Assembly (NCBI GenBank): GCA_965197745.1
Contig: CBDANS010000007.1
Location: 128,001 to 192,000, forward strand
Direction: 5' to 3'
Length of the DNA stretch: 64,000 nt
DNA from: Opitutales bacterium
GTDB taxonomy: Bacteria; Verrucomicrobiota; Verrucomicrobiia; Opitutales; PNEW01
The notes beneath the pieces are model-generated. The model searched no databases. It was not told where the DNA came from and saw nothing but the letters and a program-made list of their open reading frames with translations. Below, one piece after another: positions 61,542 to 64,000 of this stretch. Position 1 is the first letter of the stretch; every line of letters begins with the position of its first letter. The position numbers were made by a program, and so were the translations under genes.

Positions 61542-62863
61542 CTGTTTGTTTTAATCTTACGGTTTGCGACCAGCATAATGTCGAATATGATGGCCACAGC
61601 TATAGCCCCGAACTCAAGGGGTCTCAGCCAGACGGGGTGGTTGAAATCACCGAGTGAAGAGTCCCCAAGGTTCAACCCTGTGACATAACTTAAGCTTACG
61701 ACTATCAGCGCGGTTACTGACCAAATGCGCGGTCTAATCGCGATAAATGGGAGAAGCCAGGTCAAATACCAGGGATTGATAACCGGAGAAATCAGGAAAA
61801 AAAATCCGATGAGCACATCAAAGTGCAGCTCTCCTGAATCATTTTTTTTCCACTTCAAAAAAAGCCAGTAAAAAATCAGAGTAAATAGAAAGAGCCCAAT
61901 CATTTTTGCGGTGCCGGGTGAAAAAAATGTTTTAAATACAGCGTAGAGGGCAGCATTGAACTCCCAATATTGAAGAAAAACACGCAGGCCGCTCCACTCT
62001 GCGGTGCTATTTTGAGCAAGAAAAGGAACATAAAGGATAAAGAGGGTAAGGATGAAAGCAGCTAAACCGCGCAGACCAGCACGCCAGGCAAAAAAGGGTG
62101 CCGCCAATAAAGCAAAGGGTTTGGAGGCGACAGCAAGGCCACAGGTAACGAGGGATAGAATCCCCCGGCTGCGAACAAAGGCGATATATCCAGCAAAGAG
62201 GAATAAAGCGCCGACTACGTCCGGATGAGCATTAAAAGCGATTTCAAAAATAACCAGAGGACACCATGCGTAAAAGAGAAGTTGCCGCCGGTTGAAATAA
62301 ATTGCGAATAAAGCAATGAGTGCGATATCAGCAGCAATGAAGCAGAATTTAAGGGCGAGCAAATTTCCGGGAACAGCAATATAACTCAAGAGAAAGAGGC
62401 ACTCTAAAATGGGTCCGTATATTGTAGGAACTTGTGGATAATTTACATGGTCCAGCGTTTCTTGAATGAAGGAGGGTGTGTCAGGATTCGAGAAAAATTC
62501 CTGTGGTGCGAGATCATAGGGATTCCCGGTATTAGCAAAGACCCAGCCATCAAGGAGGAAACGATGAAAATCATTTTCATAAATGGGATCGGCAGCGATT
62601 CCAATAAGTCGGAATATGACAGCCCATAATATGATGATCCAAAGCTTTACGCGACTTTCACCGCTTCGGGACAAAAAGAAAAGGAGCAGGAAGATCGCCC
62701 ACGCTGTTCCCAGAATCCCTAAAAAACAGCTAAGAGGTAACGTGTTTTCCTGCTGCGAGAGATATGTGAGTCCGAAATAAAGAGCAGCGGTGGAGAATCC
62801 TCCAAGGTGTATTAACGCGACAGTCCAATTTCCATACGATCTCCGGCTTGGAACCACAGTCAT
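61538..62863 (-). CDS. Multi-pass GT-C-type glycosyltransferase (GT87/DUF2029-like)
   Basis: NDFHRFLLDG, NPY, TIYGP, YAWCPL..E...NAH.D, PWY. Confidence 0.8.
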   Translation of the reverse strand: MTVVPSRRSYGNWTVALIHLGGFSTAALYFGLTYLSQQENTLPLSCFLGILGTAWAIFLLLFFLSRSGESRVKLWIIILWAVIFRLIGIAADPIYENDFHRFLLDGWVFANTGNPYDLAPQEFFSNPDTPSFIQETLDHVNYPQVPTIYGPILECLFLLSYIAVPGNLLALKFCFIAADIALIALFAIYFNRRQLLFYAWCPLVIFEIAFNAHPDVVGALFLFAGYIAFVRSRGILSLVTCGLAVASKPFALLAAPFFAWRAGLRGLAAFILTLFILYVPFLAQNSTAEWSGLRVFLQYWEFNAALYAVFKTFFSPGTAKMIGLFLFTLIFYWLFLKWKKNDSGELHFDVLIGFFFLISPVINPWYLTWLLPFIAIRPRIWSVTALIVVSLSYVTGLNLGDSSLGDFNHPVWLRPLEFGAIAVAIIFDIMLVANRKIKTNR

Positions 62864-62945
62864 CTATCAAAGTATAGAGAGAGCTACGGATGTCTCAACC
62901 ATAAATGCGCCAGCCACGAGCAGATACACTATTCAGATTTCGTTT

Positions 62946-63530
62946 TTATAAACGTTTTGCTTCCACGTAAATTTCGATTTCCACTTCATTGCCGACCACA
63001 CCCTGACCATAGGTGATTCCGAAATCTGTCCGATCAATCTTCGTCACCGCTTCCCATCCGGAAATGTAACTATCCCTGCTGCCTTTCCCGAAGCCCAGCA
63101 AGGTTACATTCATGACGACTTCCTTGGTAATATCCTTTATCGTGAGATTGCCGGTGACAGCATAAGTTTTCTCACCGGTGGTTTCCCACTTGGTGCTCTT
63201 AAATCTCATGGAGGGATATTCTGTAACTAGAAAAAAATCTTCGTTCTGCAAATGTTTGTCGCGTTTTGCATTATTAGTATCAACACTGGCGATAGTTATG
63301 ACTGCTTCAGTTTCGCTGTTTTCAATATTATCACGATCTACCTTAATGGTCCCCTTAAAATCGGCAAAATTACCGGGGACACGGGTGAAAAAGTGACGTA
63401 CTTTAAAATTTATCCCTGAATGAGCGTTGTCGATCTCGTAGGTTTCAAGAGCGGATTCAGCAGTGCCCGAGCCGAGACTGACGATCGCGATAAGAAGAAG
63501 GGTAAGTGAGGTTATGTAATATATTTTCAT
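62946..63530 (-). CDS. yceI: YceI-family lipid/polyisoprenoid-binding protein
   Basis: Signal peptide, ID.AHS.I.FKVRH, RDKHL...DFF, IDRTDFGI. Confidence 0.92.
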   Translation of the reverse strand: MKIYYITSLTLLLIAIVSLGSGTAESALETYEIDNAHSGINFKVRHFFTRVPGNFADFKGTIKVDRDNIENSETEAVITIASVDTNNAKRDKHLQNEDFFLVTEYPSMRFKSTKWETTGEKTYAVTGNLTIKDITKEVVMNVTLLGFGKGSRDSYISGWEAVTKIDRTDFGITYGQGVVGNEVEIEIYVEAKRL

Positions 63531-63566
63531 TTGCCTGGTGTTTTAATTAAATAACGATGGTAACAA

Positions 63567-64000
63567 TTATAACAATTTTGCTAAGTCTTTGACATCCCCT
63601 TCAGTAGTCAGGAGGTAGAGTTGATCATTGCTTGTCCAGGTTGCGGTAGCATGATCATCATTTTTATGATACTTTGGGCTGGGCAGGTTTTCTGCGTATG
63701 GAAACTCGTCTCGCTTTGTCACGTATAAATGATAAACCTTATCCCCCTGGAAGCAAATCAGGCTTATTTGATGACCGCGCCAGGACATGGAGAGACAACC
63801 AATGCTATCCATAGGCTCAATTTTCGCAGGCAGAGTCATGGGGTACGGGGCATTCTTATTGGCAAGAAATTCCCGAAGGGCATTGACGTCATTATTCACA
63901 TAGTCGAGAGAAGTTAAAGATCGGGCGTGATCATTAACGGCCTGGACCAGATCTGACATTTGCGATTGTGCGCCTGGGGAAGGGGTTGGTTTTTTAAAGA
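63567..64000 (-). CDS. Hypothetical protein, possible anti-sigma-type C-terminal part (runs off window end)
   Basis: GC...WRGHQISLICF motif; frame open to the window edge. Confidence 0.55.
   Translation of the reverse strand, partial: FKKPTPSPGAQSQMSDLVQAVNDHARSLTSLDYVNNDVNALREFLANKNAPYPMTLPAKIEPMDSIGCLSMSWRGHQISLICFQGDKVYHLYVTKRDEFPYAENLPSPKYHKNDDHATATWTSNDQLYLLTTEGDVKDLAKLL

Overview
Bacterial chromosomal window; several proteins resemble Opitutae/Verrucomicrobiota-type families (inference only). Layout: (1) 1-8.1 kb: end of a sigma-54 activator, a serine hydrolase, an intact IS1595 element with 8-bp target duplication and passenger ORFs, and two secreted hypothetical proteins. (2) 8.3-19.6 kb: a co-oriented inositol/cyclitol catabolic cluster (iolD, iolE, iolA, iolG-like) lacking iolB/iolC/iolJ but containing an HpcH aldolase, cupin, hydroxyacid dehydrogenase and P-loop protein. 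(3) about 22.5-38 kb: an IS-rich accessory region ending in a tyrosine integrase next to htpG. It holds decayed IS3 copies, a GC-rich NCS2 permease pseudogene between two inward-facing IS ends, a toxin-like pseudogene, an SBP-permease fusion, a double-Cache protein and an outer-membrane beta-barrel. (4) 38-45 kb: htpG, a DUF488 gene with no canonical start, and an amidohydrolase-Rieske pair. (5) 45-59 kb: an oxidative cluster (two P450s, Rieske ferredoxin, PhyH, FAD oxidoreductases, aminotransferases, SDRs). (6) 59-64 kb: DUF481, glycosyltransferases, YceI. Most unusual signal: four 32-43 bp inserts built from GNA-triloop/tandem-GA mini-hairpins split conserved NAA codons of the IS3 transposase as N[ins]A[ins]A with no target duplication. 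Two of them are absent from the sister IS copy in the same window. No rRNA, tRNA or CRISPR array was recognised. All family calls are by eye, without database searches.
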